A stretch of 63,934 bases of DNA, filler included, from Conidiobolus incongruus B7586 (GCA_000697335.1; 13 parts of 13 records of this genome joined end to end with filler, not necessarily neighbours in it); one strand, 5' to 3'; shown: positions 29,001 to 41,449, counted from the whole stretch's first letter. Numbers and translations: made by a program. Notes: a model not told the origin generated them from the sequence alone.

Positions 29001-29935
29001 AAGCTTTTAGAAAATTTCTTAGTAAACAATCATAATTATTTTAAAGAGAGATTTTATTTTGTTAAAGTAAAGTTTAAGGAAAGTATTACAGATTCATAAC
29101 TATTTTTAAAATTCTTATAAACTATAATATGAATTATTCTTTTATAAATAATTAGATAATATAACTTTTTACAAGTAGTAGACTTTAGTATAATTAGTCT
29201 ATTAATCAACTTTTTTTAGTTTAACTTCCTTTATACTTTAACTCTATTCTATTAATTTAAAAAATCTAGTAAATATCTAGTATATTTTTAGATATAAAGT
29301 ATCTTTATAAAATTAATAGGGGAATTAATATTAAAATATACTAAAGTATTCTAAATAATAAATTAAAAAAAAATTATTAAATAGTATAGGTTAAACAAAT
29401 CTAATGTTATTTTTTAGTAAGATAATACCATTTATTATATTATAACTTTTATTATTAAATAACTTAAAAATAATAAAATAATAATTATAAAATAGTTTTT
29501 TTAATCTTTTAACTTTAATCTAATTAAATATCTTTAGGATTAATTAAAAAAGTTATTAAAGTTTTCCCCTAACTAAAAATTTAAATTAACTTTAAAAATA
29601 TGTTTAAAAAGTATAGAATAAGATTAACCCTTTTTAATATAAAAAATTAATTGATTTTATACCCTACAAACTTAAAAAATTAAAAAAGTTAAAGGTAAAT
29701 ATACTAGGTTTTAATTTTTTTTATCACTAAAAACCTATAAATTTATAATTTACCCTAGGTAAAATTTAAAGGTTTATATTTTAACTAATTAATAACTAAA
29801 AATTATCATTTAATGATATATATAATTAATAAATATAATAGATTTTAATTATTTAATTTAAATTTATTTCATTAAATATTCATTAAGTTATTAGTAAAAA
29901 TATATGTGTTTATAATTTTATAACCTACTTTTATA
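23049..29935 (+). mobile_element. Tc1-like transposon split by Gypsy family B (pieces 23049-23962 and 29285-29935)
   Basis: The two halves join seamlessly as GATATATATTG-TTTTT-AGAT.., matching the uninterrupted copy near 11480-11500. Confidence 0.92.
23963..29284 (+). mobile_element. Ty3/Gypsy chromovirus family B, complete (5322 bp), hypermutated
   Basis: 201-bp LTRs 23963-24163 and 29084-29284, 5-bp TSD TTTTT, purine tract AAGGAAAG. Zn knuckle 25304, PR (VLINISAT) 25517, RT YFDDILVFS 26630, IN (ORF 27980) and chromodomain (YIVDKIV, ~28877) are all in one frame. Confidence 0.96.
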
Positions 29936-30035
29936 NNNNNNNNNNNNNNNNNNNNNNNNNNNNNNNNNNNNNNNNNNNNTTAATTAATTAANNNNNNNNN
30001 NNNNNNNNNNNNNNNNNNNNNNNNNNNNNNNNNNN

Positions 30036-31136
30036 AAATTAAAACTTAAATATATTAAAATTATAGATAAATATAATAAAAAGTATATTTATAAATTAAT
30101 TAATTTAAATAAATATAATACTATTGTAAAAGTATAATAAGAATTATAAAACTATATAAGACTATTAATTAGTATTAATACTATTATATTTATTTTATAT
30201 TAGAATAGATATTGCTTATAATTTAAGAAAAAACACCCCTAACTAAAAAAATCTTATTATAAAATTAAATAAGAGTTTCAATGTTAATATTAAAGTTAAA
30301 CTAAAATTAACTAGAGTAAAGTTATTTAATCTAATAAAATAAAGATATATTTTAATAAATTTAATAAAAGAGTTAAATTTTTCAAAAAAGATAAAGAATT
30401 ACTTTATAACTATTATATTATTATAACCTAAAAATATAATAATAAGTTAATTATAGTTTAAAGATATATATTATCTTTGAATATAAGATATCTTTATAAG
30501 GTTGATAAAGGAATTAATATTAAGATATATTAAAGTATTTTAAATAATAAAATGAAAAAAAACTATTGAATAATATAAAATAAATAAATTAAATATTATT
30601 TTCTAACAAAATAATATCTTTTGCTATACTACAAATTTTATTATTAAATAGCTTAAAAATAACAAAATAACTATTATAAAATAACCTCATTAATCTTTTA
30701 ATCTTAACCCAATTGAAAATTTTTAAGATTAATTAAAAAAATTAATTAAAGTTTTCTCTTTAACTAAAAATATAAATTAACTTTAAGAGTATATTCAAAA
30801 AACTTAGAATAATATTAGTCTTGTTTAATATAAGAAATTAGTTAACTTTATACTTTATAAACTTAAAAATATTAGAAAAACAAAAGGTAGATATATTAAA
30901 TATTAATTTTTCTATCAATACTAAAATCTACAAATTTATAACTTATTTTAAATATACTTTTAATTTTAATATATTAATTAATAATTAATTAAATTTAACT
31001 TTATATATTATATTATAAATTAAAAATATATATTAGTTACATAGTTTAATATAAGTTTATTTAAATTATAATTGATTAAGATATTAATAGAAATATTTAT
31101 ATTTTTAATTTTATGACTTATTTTTACAAGCTAATA
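30036..31136 (+). mobile_element. Tc1-like transposon, second subfamily, 3' part
   Basis: Degenerate transposase (KKHP*L, F*QNN, NLNPIE) and right TIR; closest to 55205-56611. Confidence 0.85.
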
Positions 31137-31439
31137 TATAATATATTTTAGTTAAATTTTAAATTTTGATATATTAACTAATAGTTAATAAAAAATAATT
31201 AAATATACTTATATATTATTAAATGTTATAATCAAATTATATATTTTAATTTAATTTATTTAAAAATGAATAAAATTATAATTAAATATATAAGTGTTTT
31301 AATTTTATAACTTATTTTTATAAGCTAGTTTATATATATNNNNNNNNNNNNNNNNNNNNNNNNNNNNNNNNNNNNNNNNNNNNTTAATTAATTAANNNNN
31401 NNNNNNNNNNNNNNNNNNNNNNNNNNNNNNNNNNNNNNN

Positions 31440-32403
31440 AGTTAAAAAGAATATTTTTCAAAATTTAATTAAATTTAAATAATTAATATCTTTTATATAA
31501 TTTTCTTATTTAATAAAATATAAGAATATATTGAAAAATATTGTTTATTTTGTTTCAAAAATGACTTAAACAATTGAATATTATTTATATAAGTATTTTA
31601 CATAATTTAAAATTTAAACTTAGATTAATTAATAAAAATATTAAAGAAATACCTTATAATTTAATTAAAGTTAAAAAAATTAAAATATTAATAGCTAAAT
31701 AAAACTTATTAAAATATTACCAAAAGTAAGGGTTTTTGAATAAATTTTTATAATTAATAGATCTCATATTATTTCATAAAATTTTTTACTTAAAAATAAA
31801 ATAAATTATTAAATTAAACTAAAATAATCCTTTTTATAACTTTTTAATTTATCAATATTCTATTAATTAATATGTATTATTTATTATAATAAATTATAAT
31901 AATATATAGTTTCTCTATTTATTTTTTAAAATTAAACCAACTAATAATAAGTTTTATATTATTATTTAAATAAAATAATTTTTAATGGATATTTTTAATA
32001 TAAATTAAAAATACTTATTATTTTGCATAATAATTATAAAATATATAAAGCTAAACTTATAAAAAATTTTGTATATAAAAAAACTAGGGAATTACCATAT
32101 TTAGTATATTTACTTTATTATAACTTTTATGATTATAATTATCTTAAGTAATTAAAAAATATATTTACTAGAAAAATTCCTATCAATAAATTAAATTACT
32201 TTGTGAAAAATCAAATTTAAGTTTTTAATAAAAAGAACTATTTTTTAGATATTAGAAGCTTGTTGAAAATATAGTACAGAGTTATTAAAAATAAAAGAGT
32301 GTACTAATTTTATATTGTGTAATAAATTTTATATATCATATATTAATATTTTTATTTAGTTTTAATTTTAAAATTATGCCATTATTTAATTTCTGTATTA
32401 ATA
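31440..32403 (+). mobile_element. Old mariner-like remnant
   Basis: ILHNNYKIYKAK and N*RELPYLVYL-like motifs at ~32018-32115; 3' end resembles the other mariners. Boundaries approximate. Confidence 0.7.
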
Positions 32404-35400
32404 AATATAAATTTAATGATATTAAGTTACAAATAAAAGTTTTTATGGTACATAATTATTGTTTTTATATTTTCCAATTATTTAATCTTAACAAGAAATA
32501 TTTCAAGAGATATTAATAATACAAAATATCATAGCTAATTATAAATATTCAATGAATCAAAATATAATATAAATAGTGTTTATAATAATATATGGAAATA
32601 TATAGCTCTTTTGTTATTTCTCTGCAATAAAGATACGACACAAAACTTGAAATTGAGATAAAATATTTCATATAATAGTTTTTATTATAGATGTTAAAAA
32701 TATATTTTTTTAATATTTTATATCCAAAAATAGCTTTGATTTAGTTGTAAAACTAATAATATTTCAATTAACCTAAATTTGTTCATTTTTTGAACAGAAA
32801 TGTTGAATAATAACTGTTTAATACCTTTAATATATTTCCATACTATGAACTTGGACAAATAATATATTTTAAATCTTTAATTCTAAGTTTTCGCAAACCA
32901 AATATTTTTACATTTATATGGATTTAATCAGTTTTGTTAAAAATCATTATCAAAAGGAAATGCTTTTGCATATTATCAAAAAGTTGGAAATATATATTAA
33001 AGAAATCATGTTTTCCAATTCACCAAATCGCTGTGTTTGTAAATATTGTTTTTTATTTTTATATAGTATTTTTAAATAAAGTTAATTATTTAGGAACTGA
33101 TGTATTTATTATGCTTAATATCTAGGTTTACACATAGCCCAAAGATTAAGTTTTGCTGACTTCTAAATATATATGATTCAATCTATCATATAATTTTTTG
33201 GTATATCAGTTAATTTATAATTTCAAAAATAAATCTATAGAACTGTCATAACAATATTCTAAATTACTATAAATTCGATTTGAATACAAAGAATATCTGG
33301 TTTTGGTTGGAAAAATTAATTATTATATCCAAAAACTCAAAAATCTAATATAGATTCCTAATATTTGCGTTTTTTTGGCTGTGTAAGATTTAAAGTATTG
33401 ATGAAAACCATGTATATTTAACTTTGTAAATAAGTTCAATTTTTATATCCTTAGAGGATATTTATCCCTTAATTTCATATAATTATTACAAACTTTGTAC
33501 GAAAAATATATTAATAATTTAAATGAAATTAGTCAAAATCATATATTATCTCTTAGTTTAATTGATTGATTATTCAAATAAGTCTGCTATTTAAGAATGA
33601 TTAAAAATGCCAAAAGCCTCAGCTGAGCATATTGATATTCAGAAATTAGCAAATACATCGCATAATACAATCCCATTTGGGAATTATTTAGAGATATCCT
33701 TAAAGCTCTTATTATATTATTCTTTTATAAAGCGTATTAAATGAATTATGAATTAAATGTTGAATTTGTAATAAATTATATTTTTGATTAATTTTGTTTT
33801 ATAAATTTATTGGATTAGAAACATAAACATGTTTACTTATTTCTGTAAAAATGACTTTATCTGATAATTCAGATCAAAATTACCTCGCTGCAATTTAAAA
33901 CTATACATATTGAAATATCAAATATTTTGATATTATCCATTATTTTTTATAATTTTTTATTTTTCAATAAACTATTTTACTCTTTGGCAGTATTTGTGAA
34001 AATTCACATTTACTAGTTTTAAATAAATTATAAAGTTCTAATCCAAAATACAATAATTGTGATATGTAATTGAGCGAAGTCTAATTAGGTATAGATTAAC
34101 TATAACGAGTGGTTTCAACTAATATATTTTAGCAAATAGTATCAAACACTGAAAGTAAATGATAGGAAAAGCCTTATGATGAAAAAGATATAAGTGATTA
34201 ATAAATTAATCAACAAATAAATTAAAATCTAAGAAAAAAAAGAACCCAGTTTATTAACCAGTTGATTAAAATTTACACGAATATATTTGGATTAAAGACG
34301 AAATTAAATATGAAATCAAGTAAAATAATTAAATTATAAAATATAGTATATCAAGAACTTCATATGTTAACCACTTCAGATTATTATTCTATTCTTATAG
34401 TTAAATACTAAGTCTTATTCTTAAGTTTAAAACAATATTATTTTTATTTTTATTATTGTAATTAAGTTACCCAGATAAATAATTAAAAAAGATTTGCATA
34501 TATATATATATATATATATTGTTAAAAGAAGATATATAGGAAATGTCAATAAATTTAAAAAATACAATACAACAATTGCTTTAAGGTCTCGTATGTTAAC
34601 AAATTGTGTTTTTTATTGATATATCATTCACTCAATCATATGATAAACTTCAAATGATATCTTCACATTATTTAATATATCAATTAAAGTATCCATTGTT
34701 TGCTTGATCACGCCAACTGAGAATTACATCATTTTGAATCTCAATTATAATTCATTATGTCATTATAAAAATTAACTATATAAGCTAATTTGCTATTGTC
34801 ATGAACAAAAATAAAAAAATGACAATAGCTACGAGAATCATTAATAAACATATCGAAATGTTTTCAGTCCATTGGCTTTATTTTTTTAAAACAGTTTGAA
34901 AATTCAATGAAATGGTAGAAATAATATTGAAATCTTTTTGCAATTTTTTTCAAAAAAAGTCCAATTGAACAAATGCCTGAAATGAACATAAATAAATTGT
35001 AAATATACTTTTAAATTTGATGATTTAAAATACCAGATTGCGACTGCAGAGATCGAATTATTTATGATTTTACACTATAAAGATAATAAAATAGATATAT
35101 TGAATATGAAAGTTGGCAACATTAAAGCTTTATGGATAAAAATTACATTTCCATAACTTACAATTTTAGATTATCTTTTCATGTTAAAAATTTAATGTTA
35201 AGATAATCAAATATACCTGTCTTTTAATTATTCAAATATTAATATATTTTGCAAAGCTCAAATATTATTAAAAATGATTAATTGAAAATATTTATTAAAA
35301 ATTAGCTTCTAATTTAGTTATTCCACAGTTCGAATGACGCATACATGATTATTATAGAATAAATTAGATTGAAAAAAAGATGATTAAAATTACCCAATGA

Positions 35401-35501
35401 TATCATCGTTAAATCTGATATAAATAACTTAAATTTATTCAACAAGATTTAACAAATTTTATCATTGTTTATTTAAGTATTTTATCAAGTTATTCAGCTT
35501 A

Positions 35502-36605
35502 ATGTACAATAATAATTTTAATCCCCAGGGAGGTGGTGGATATCCACATGCTGGACCTAATAATAATAACAATAACATGTATCCTCCCCCTAATGCAAAT
35601 ATGGGGTTTGTATTCCCTAACAGTGGTCCCAATCCTGGAGGTAATTTTAACAATAACAATAACCCATTCCCTGGACCTAATGTAGGAGGATTCATATCAC
35701 CTAATTCAAGTCCTTATCCGCCATCTAATTATGGACCTTTCAATCCTCCTAACAACATGTACCCACCAAATAATAATAACAATTTTAGGCCACCTATATC
35801 CCCTGGATTCATGCCACCAGGTGGAGGACCCAATAATAATTTCAACCAAGGCTATCCAAATCCTGGTAACCACGGTTCTCCAAATCAATTTAATCCTGGA
35901 TATGGGAACCAAGGCCCGCCGAATCAATTTAATCCTGGATATGGGAACCAAGGCCCACCAAACCAGCATAGTTCTGGATATGGAAACCAAGGTCAGCAAA
36001 ACCAATATAATCAAGGGCAACAAAATTCGTGGAACCAAGGTCAACAAAACCAGAGGCCACCAGACCAATTTGGTCAAGGTCCACCATCCAACCAAAATAA
36101 CCAGCGCCCTCCCCAAAATCAACAACAGCAACCTCCCTCTGGTGGCCCTGTTAAACTAGAATGGCGTCCTAGCAACAGGGGTCAAGTACCCCCAGATGCA
36201 ATTCGAGGAGGTAAGGAAGCTGACGGTCGTCCACTTTATATTGCTCGCAAAAGAATGGAAGGAGGTCTCCAAGTTGGCAAAGTGGCGCCCCATCTTGAAG
36301 GATGTTTCATCCCCTATGACTGCAAAGAGAAATTCTTCTACGACTGTGAAGTGTTGTGCGGTGATGCAAGTAAACTAAGATGGGTTGAAGTGCGTGGAAG
36401 ATGCCAACCTAAAGGATGGGTTCCTGTCGAAGCTGGCTTTGAAAGAGATGGTACCAAACTTTGGATTGCTAGAATTATTGAAGGTGATGCCGAAATGTTG
36501 GGTAAAGTAGGATCCCATTTCAAATCTGGTATTGTGTATGGCTACGATCTTAAAGAGAGATATGCTAGGGATGGTGAGGTTTATCAAGTCCTTGCAATGC
36601 CTTAA
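35502..36605 (+). CDS. DM9-repeat (DUF3421-type) protein with an N-terminal N/Q/P/G-rich low-complexity region; intronless
   Basis: Two DM9-like repeats: W....GQVPPDAIRGGKEADGRPLYIAR....G...GKV..H..GCFIPY..KE..EVL and WV...G..P...VEAGFERDGTKLWIAR......GKV..H....YGY..KE..YQVL. The first ~215 aa are low complexity. Confidence 0.88.
   Translation: MYNNNFNPQGGGGYPHAGPNNNNNNMYPPPNANMGFVFPNSGPNPGGNFNNNNNPFPGPNVGGFISPNSSPYPPSNYGPFNPPNNMYPPNNNNNFRPPISPGFMPPGGGPNNNFNQGYPNPGNHGSPNQFNPGYGNQGPPNQFNPGYGNQGPPNQHSSGYGNQGQQNQYNQGQQNSWNQGQQNQRPPDQFGQGPPSNQNNQRPPQNQQQQPPSGGPVKLEWRPSNRGQVPPDAIRGGKEADGRPLYIARKRMEGGLQVGKVAPHLEGCFIPYDCKEKFFYDCEVLCGDASKLRWVEVRGRCQPKGWVPVEAGFERDGTKLWIARIIEGDAEMLGKVGSHFKSGIVYGYDLKERYARDGEVYQVLAMP
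35883..35999 (+). repeat. 39-bp coding tandem repeat x3 (NQFNPGYGNQGPP)
   Basis: Units start at 35883, 35922 and 35961; the third is diverged. Confidence 0.9.
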
Positions 36606-37634
36606 TTGTGATTATAATTAGTAGTAAGAATCTACTTATAATTGGTTTGCATATTGAAGTTTATCCAAAATATCGAGTTGTTTCATTTGATTAATAGCAA
36701 TAGTTATTTTTGTTAGCTTACACTAACTATATTTGATAATCAATCTGTTTACTGCTCTATACAAACAATTATAAACATCATTTTATACCAAATCTCAACT
36801 TTTTAATTAAATAAAATTCAATTGGTTTTATTATTAGATATACTATAATATAATACTTGAAATATTCAATAATAATTTATTTTTTGAACAGCTAGATATA
36901 TTTAGTATCTATTAGAATATATGAATTTTAACAGTTAAAAAACTGTAGTATTGAATCAATAAATGAAGGATTTTACATCTGATTATTATGCTCTTTTATT
37001 CTCTAATTATTATAGATAATATTTATTCTTTCAGGTTACCATCATGTTTAAGAAAATCGTTTAGTAATTCGTATCATTGCATTAATCTCACTATACTACC
37101 TAATACTAGTATTAAATTCTGGAATTTATTTTCCTCATATCTCTCCATGTTCTCACCAATTAAACTTCACAAAACAATCTGAACTTCAGAATATCCTCAC
37201 TAACTATGATTATCTTTAGTTTTTATCTTAACATATTTTTCGATTATCAAATATAATAACTGAATTTCGATATTAACTATAGTTACTAATAGAAACAATC
37301 TAACCTTGAACTATTCTCGCTTGCAAATTCCTCTGATTATCATCATATCCTTTCAATAGGTTCAAAGAAAATTCATGGACTTGATTCCCAATACTATATC
37401 TACTATTTCTTAATCTAATTATTCACAAATTTATTCCCATACAGTTCAATTAAAAAAATTATATTTATTTGTGAAAACATCAATTCATTATATAATAAAA
37501 ATGAGATACTGAGAAGTTGATAATTATTAAAATATACTATAAGATTGAAACGAATATAAAAAATTTTGATAAAGTAAGCTAAAGTTATGAATGAAATTTG
37601 AATTAATGAAAAAAGTGAACTTGAAATAGATATA

Positions 37635-37707
37635 CGCCCAATGTGGGGTTCGAACCCACGACCCTCAGATTAAAAGTCTGATGCTCTACCGACTGAGCTA
37701 ACCGGGC
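37635..37707 (-). tRNA. tRNA-Lys (anticodon UUU), intronless
   Basis: Reverse complement GCCCGGTTAGCTCAGTCGGTAGAGCATCAGACTTTTAATCTGAGGGTCGTGGGTTCGAACCCCACATTGGGCG: 73 nt, cloverleaf, A and B boxes. A T-run terminator lies at ~37609-37615. Confidence 0.97.
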
Positions 37708-37717
37708 TGTTGATTTA

Positions 37718-38014
37718 TGTCACAGTTCTCAGTGGCATCACCACTGAAATCATGATCTACAGGGAGTTGTCACCAATCCATAACCCGCACAACTAGAACT
37801 GTGCTGTATACTGGTGGATGAACCACTAATAAACAGAAATATATTAAGGTAAATAAGGTTTATTGTAGATATTGCACATAATAACAAGCTGAGGCTTAGT
37901 TATTGTACCAAAGATGGTATTTATATAGTAATACCAGTATTGAGATTGAGTCATATACACTTGGTATGATTCTATTGGCTGGATGGTAGGAGAAACAGGA
38001 TCAGATCTGTCACA
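37718..38014 (-). mobile_element. Solo LTR (297 bp) with 5-bp TSD ATTTA
   Basis: TGT...ACA termini; ATTTA at 37713-37717 and 38015-38019; higher GC than flanks. On the minus strand a TATATAAA box (~37920-37927) precedes AATAAA (~37859-37864). Confidence 0.88.
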
Positions 38015-39221
38015 ATTTAAGGAATAAGCATAAATATAATAACCTAATCACTTTTTATTAATTCATTGTCAATTTGAAATTATACTCCTTTAACAATATT
38101 TAATTATATAATATATATATATATATATATTTAAATATTTTAGTTTCTAATATATGCTATTATCATAGCTATATTATATTCAACTATTCCATCAATATTC
38201 ACTCAGTCGCAATAATTCAATATTTTATTACAGCAATAACAATAATAATAATAATAATAATAAAACCAGATATCAGAATCATTACATCAATAATTATTTT
38301 TTCTAATTTTTTATCATTTGTTAATATTTTGAAAAATTACTTGAAAGATAATTATTTATATATTACTAATTGAATCAATTTTTATATCATAATTATACTA
38401 TTAAATTATATGATAATTAAAATCAAATTAAACTCTTGTGCAAAATGAAGTCATGATTTTAGATTTATTATTTGTTTATAATTAAAATGTATTTTAGCTC
38501 ATAAAATACTTAATATTTTGTTTATTTATTTATTGTAAGTATATATCCAACATTGTAAATTGAATATCAAATGTCTCAGTGATTTAAATTATTTTGAAAG
38601 AATACTAACAAATTTCAATTCTAAACTAAAAATGAATATTTACAAATATTATTTACGAGATGAAAATCAAATTAAATGGTGAAAATAATATAAAAGCTTA
38701 ATCGGAATTTCGTTTTAATTTTTCATATTTCAAGTTTATTATACACACACCCTTAGACTTGTAACAATGAACACCTTTCACATTTCTTCATTTTAGCTTT
38801 AGTCCATAATTCCATCACTTTATATACTGTAATGCAAATGCAATATCCTCACTATCAAACCTGGAGTAGCATTCACCTTGTTCTATTTCTTGAGTCATTT
38901 TATTATCGAATTTCAACATAACGCCTCTTAATTCTAAAGAAATTCTTTAATTTATGTGCTATTTGACGTATTGAATTGAAAACAAATCTTTTATAAAACC
39001 ACTCCACTATAGTAGTCAAATTTCAAGTTTTTCACCATTTAGCTAATGTGAATTTAAATTCATTTCCTTAATAAATTTTATGGGACAACGATAATAGAGT
39101 ATAAATGAATGATACGTAATCAAAAATTACCTAAAATATAAATTTAATATTCTTAATCATCATTAACTATTCAATTAAATTTTTAAAATAATTCCAAGTT
39201 TAATAATTTAAGTATATTATA

Positions 39222-40220
39222 ATGAGTAGAGAAGCTGGTTACGATCGTCATATTACAGTATTTTCTAGAGAGGGCAGACTTTATCAAGTTGGTCAGTATT
39301 ATTAAATTATCCATTTGTCCATTAACTAACTCATTGTGTAGAGTATGCTTTTAAAGCTATTTCCAACTCAGGTCAAACTTCTGTAGGTGTAAGGGGTAAA
39401 ACTTGTTCAGTGGTAGCTACTCAACGTAAAATTCCCGTAATTTTTTTTTAAATTTTAGATATTATTATTGCAAATTGTTGATTGATAATTTAGGATAAGC
39501 TTTTGGACCCCAGTACCGTTACTCAATTATTTCAAATTACACCCAATATTGGGTGTGTGATGACTGGTTTAATACGTAAATACTTTCTAGAATAATATAT
39601 CAATAATTTATTTAATATAAATTTATCTAGCTGATTCAAGAGCTCAAGTTAGCAAGGCTAGAGAAGAAGCTGCCGATTTTCGTTATAAATACGGTTACGA
39701 AATTACTCCCGACATTTTAGCTAAACGTTTGGCAAATATCAACCAAGTTTACACTCAGCATGCTGCTATGCGACCCTTGGGTGTTTGTAAGTGATTTCCT
39801 AATTTTTTATATAGCCTATTAATATGTTTGCATAGCAATGATTCTCATTGGTATGGACGAAGAATTGGGTCCTAGACTATTTAAAATTGATCCTGCCGGT
39901 TACTACGTCGGATACAAAGCCACTGGAGCCGGTGCCAAGCAGCAAGATGTTTTAAATCACTTGGAAAAGAAATTGAAGAGAGAGTCTGAGCTCAATGACC
40001 AAGACACCATCGAGGTTCATTATACCCTAATATCGTAATATTATTACATATTAACATAGTATTTTAGTTGGCTATTACTACCTTATCTACTGTGTTATCA
40101 GTTGATTTTAAACCATCTGAGATTGAAATAGCTGTAGTCAGTGAATCTCAACCCCAGTTCACCGTGTTGAAGGAAAGTGAAATTGAAGCTCATTTACAGA
40201 GAATTGTCGAAAAAGATTAA
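39222..40220 (+). CDS. SCL1: 20S proteasome subunit alpha1 (PSMA6 orthologue). Exons 39222-39291, 39342-39436, 39494-39575, 39631-39786, 39836-40014, 40068-40220
   Basis: Signature [76 protein letters not shown]; five GT-AG introns. Confidence 0.96.
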
Positions 40221-41449
40221 TTAAATTCTATTGTCCATTTTTGCAAAGTGAATTTTTATTCTAGTTTATATAAATCTATCTAATAATTTAAATTTTATAA
40301 TTTATTTTAAAATATCTCAAAGCTTTATTAACATGATTTAAAGTATATAGTTTTTGGATATAAATTGGATTTAAAGTAATGACGAGAGTTTGATTAGTTA
40401 TATTTTTACGATTATTTAATATCTTGCTCAAATTTTTGAATATTTTATAACTACGGATTCATTTGATTAATTTATCAAAAAATCAAATCAAAATATAAAC
40501 AGGATTCATTTAAATCATAATTTTTAATATACCTATTAAATTCACCATATCTAACTTTTGTAAAATAAAATTGCACTCAAATTCACTTAAACTATTAACA
40601 AAATCTAACTTTCAATATATGAATGCTTAGAAATTTGCTATTAAAATAAAACCATAGTGGTTTGACTTTCTATACTCACATATTATATATTCCAAATTGT
40701 ATCGAATTGTATTGACCTATATTCACTTGTATTATTTTTTTACAAACAAGATTATAAAATCTAAATTAAATACCCAATACTGAAATTAATTGTATATCTG
40801 AAAATTAATTAGACCAATGTTTCTTATTAAATATATCAAATAAATTTTTATAATTTTTATAAAAAATATCTAATAAAATTTTAGTGAATGGATTCATTAT
40901 TATTTTTAGATAAGTGAACAAAATGGTTAATTAACAGAATAAATAATATTACTTTCCATGAAAATTAAATGATGAAATTTTTGATTATGTTCGTTGTATT
41001 TATTATTCATTCTTTAATAATTTTGGACGAAGACTTTAAATTATTAATAAGATTTACAATATTTGAAATAGAAATTGAAAATTTTAGACACATTTATTTC
41101 ACTGATAGTATTTATAAAATATTTTTTGAAATATATTGAAAATATATATAGAGCAAATGACATGTTGATGCGTGGTTAAATCATCGAAACATGAAGTTAT
41201 AAAAATTGGACACTTTAGCAATTAATGTAGTATAATTTGTATCTTTATTATAACATTTAATAATATTGATTATATTAAATTCAATTTATAAAGATCAAAA
41301 TTAAGTCAGATTATTACGTAATTAAATGAGTATTGTCTAATTTGAGATTTAAAAAGTAATATTTTATTGAAATGAAATGAACCAATTAAACCCAATATTG
41401 ACTCAAATCAATATCAGAACAACCTCTTCAAATTAAACATTGAATGGTG

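Noticed and set aside
35462..36587. Six overlapping alternative or antisense ORFs around the DM9 gene
   Set aside because: Shadow frames of a GC-richer, low-complexity CDS with no motifs.
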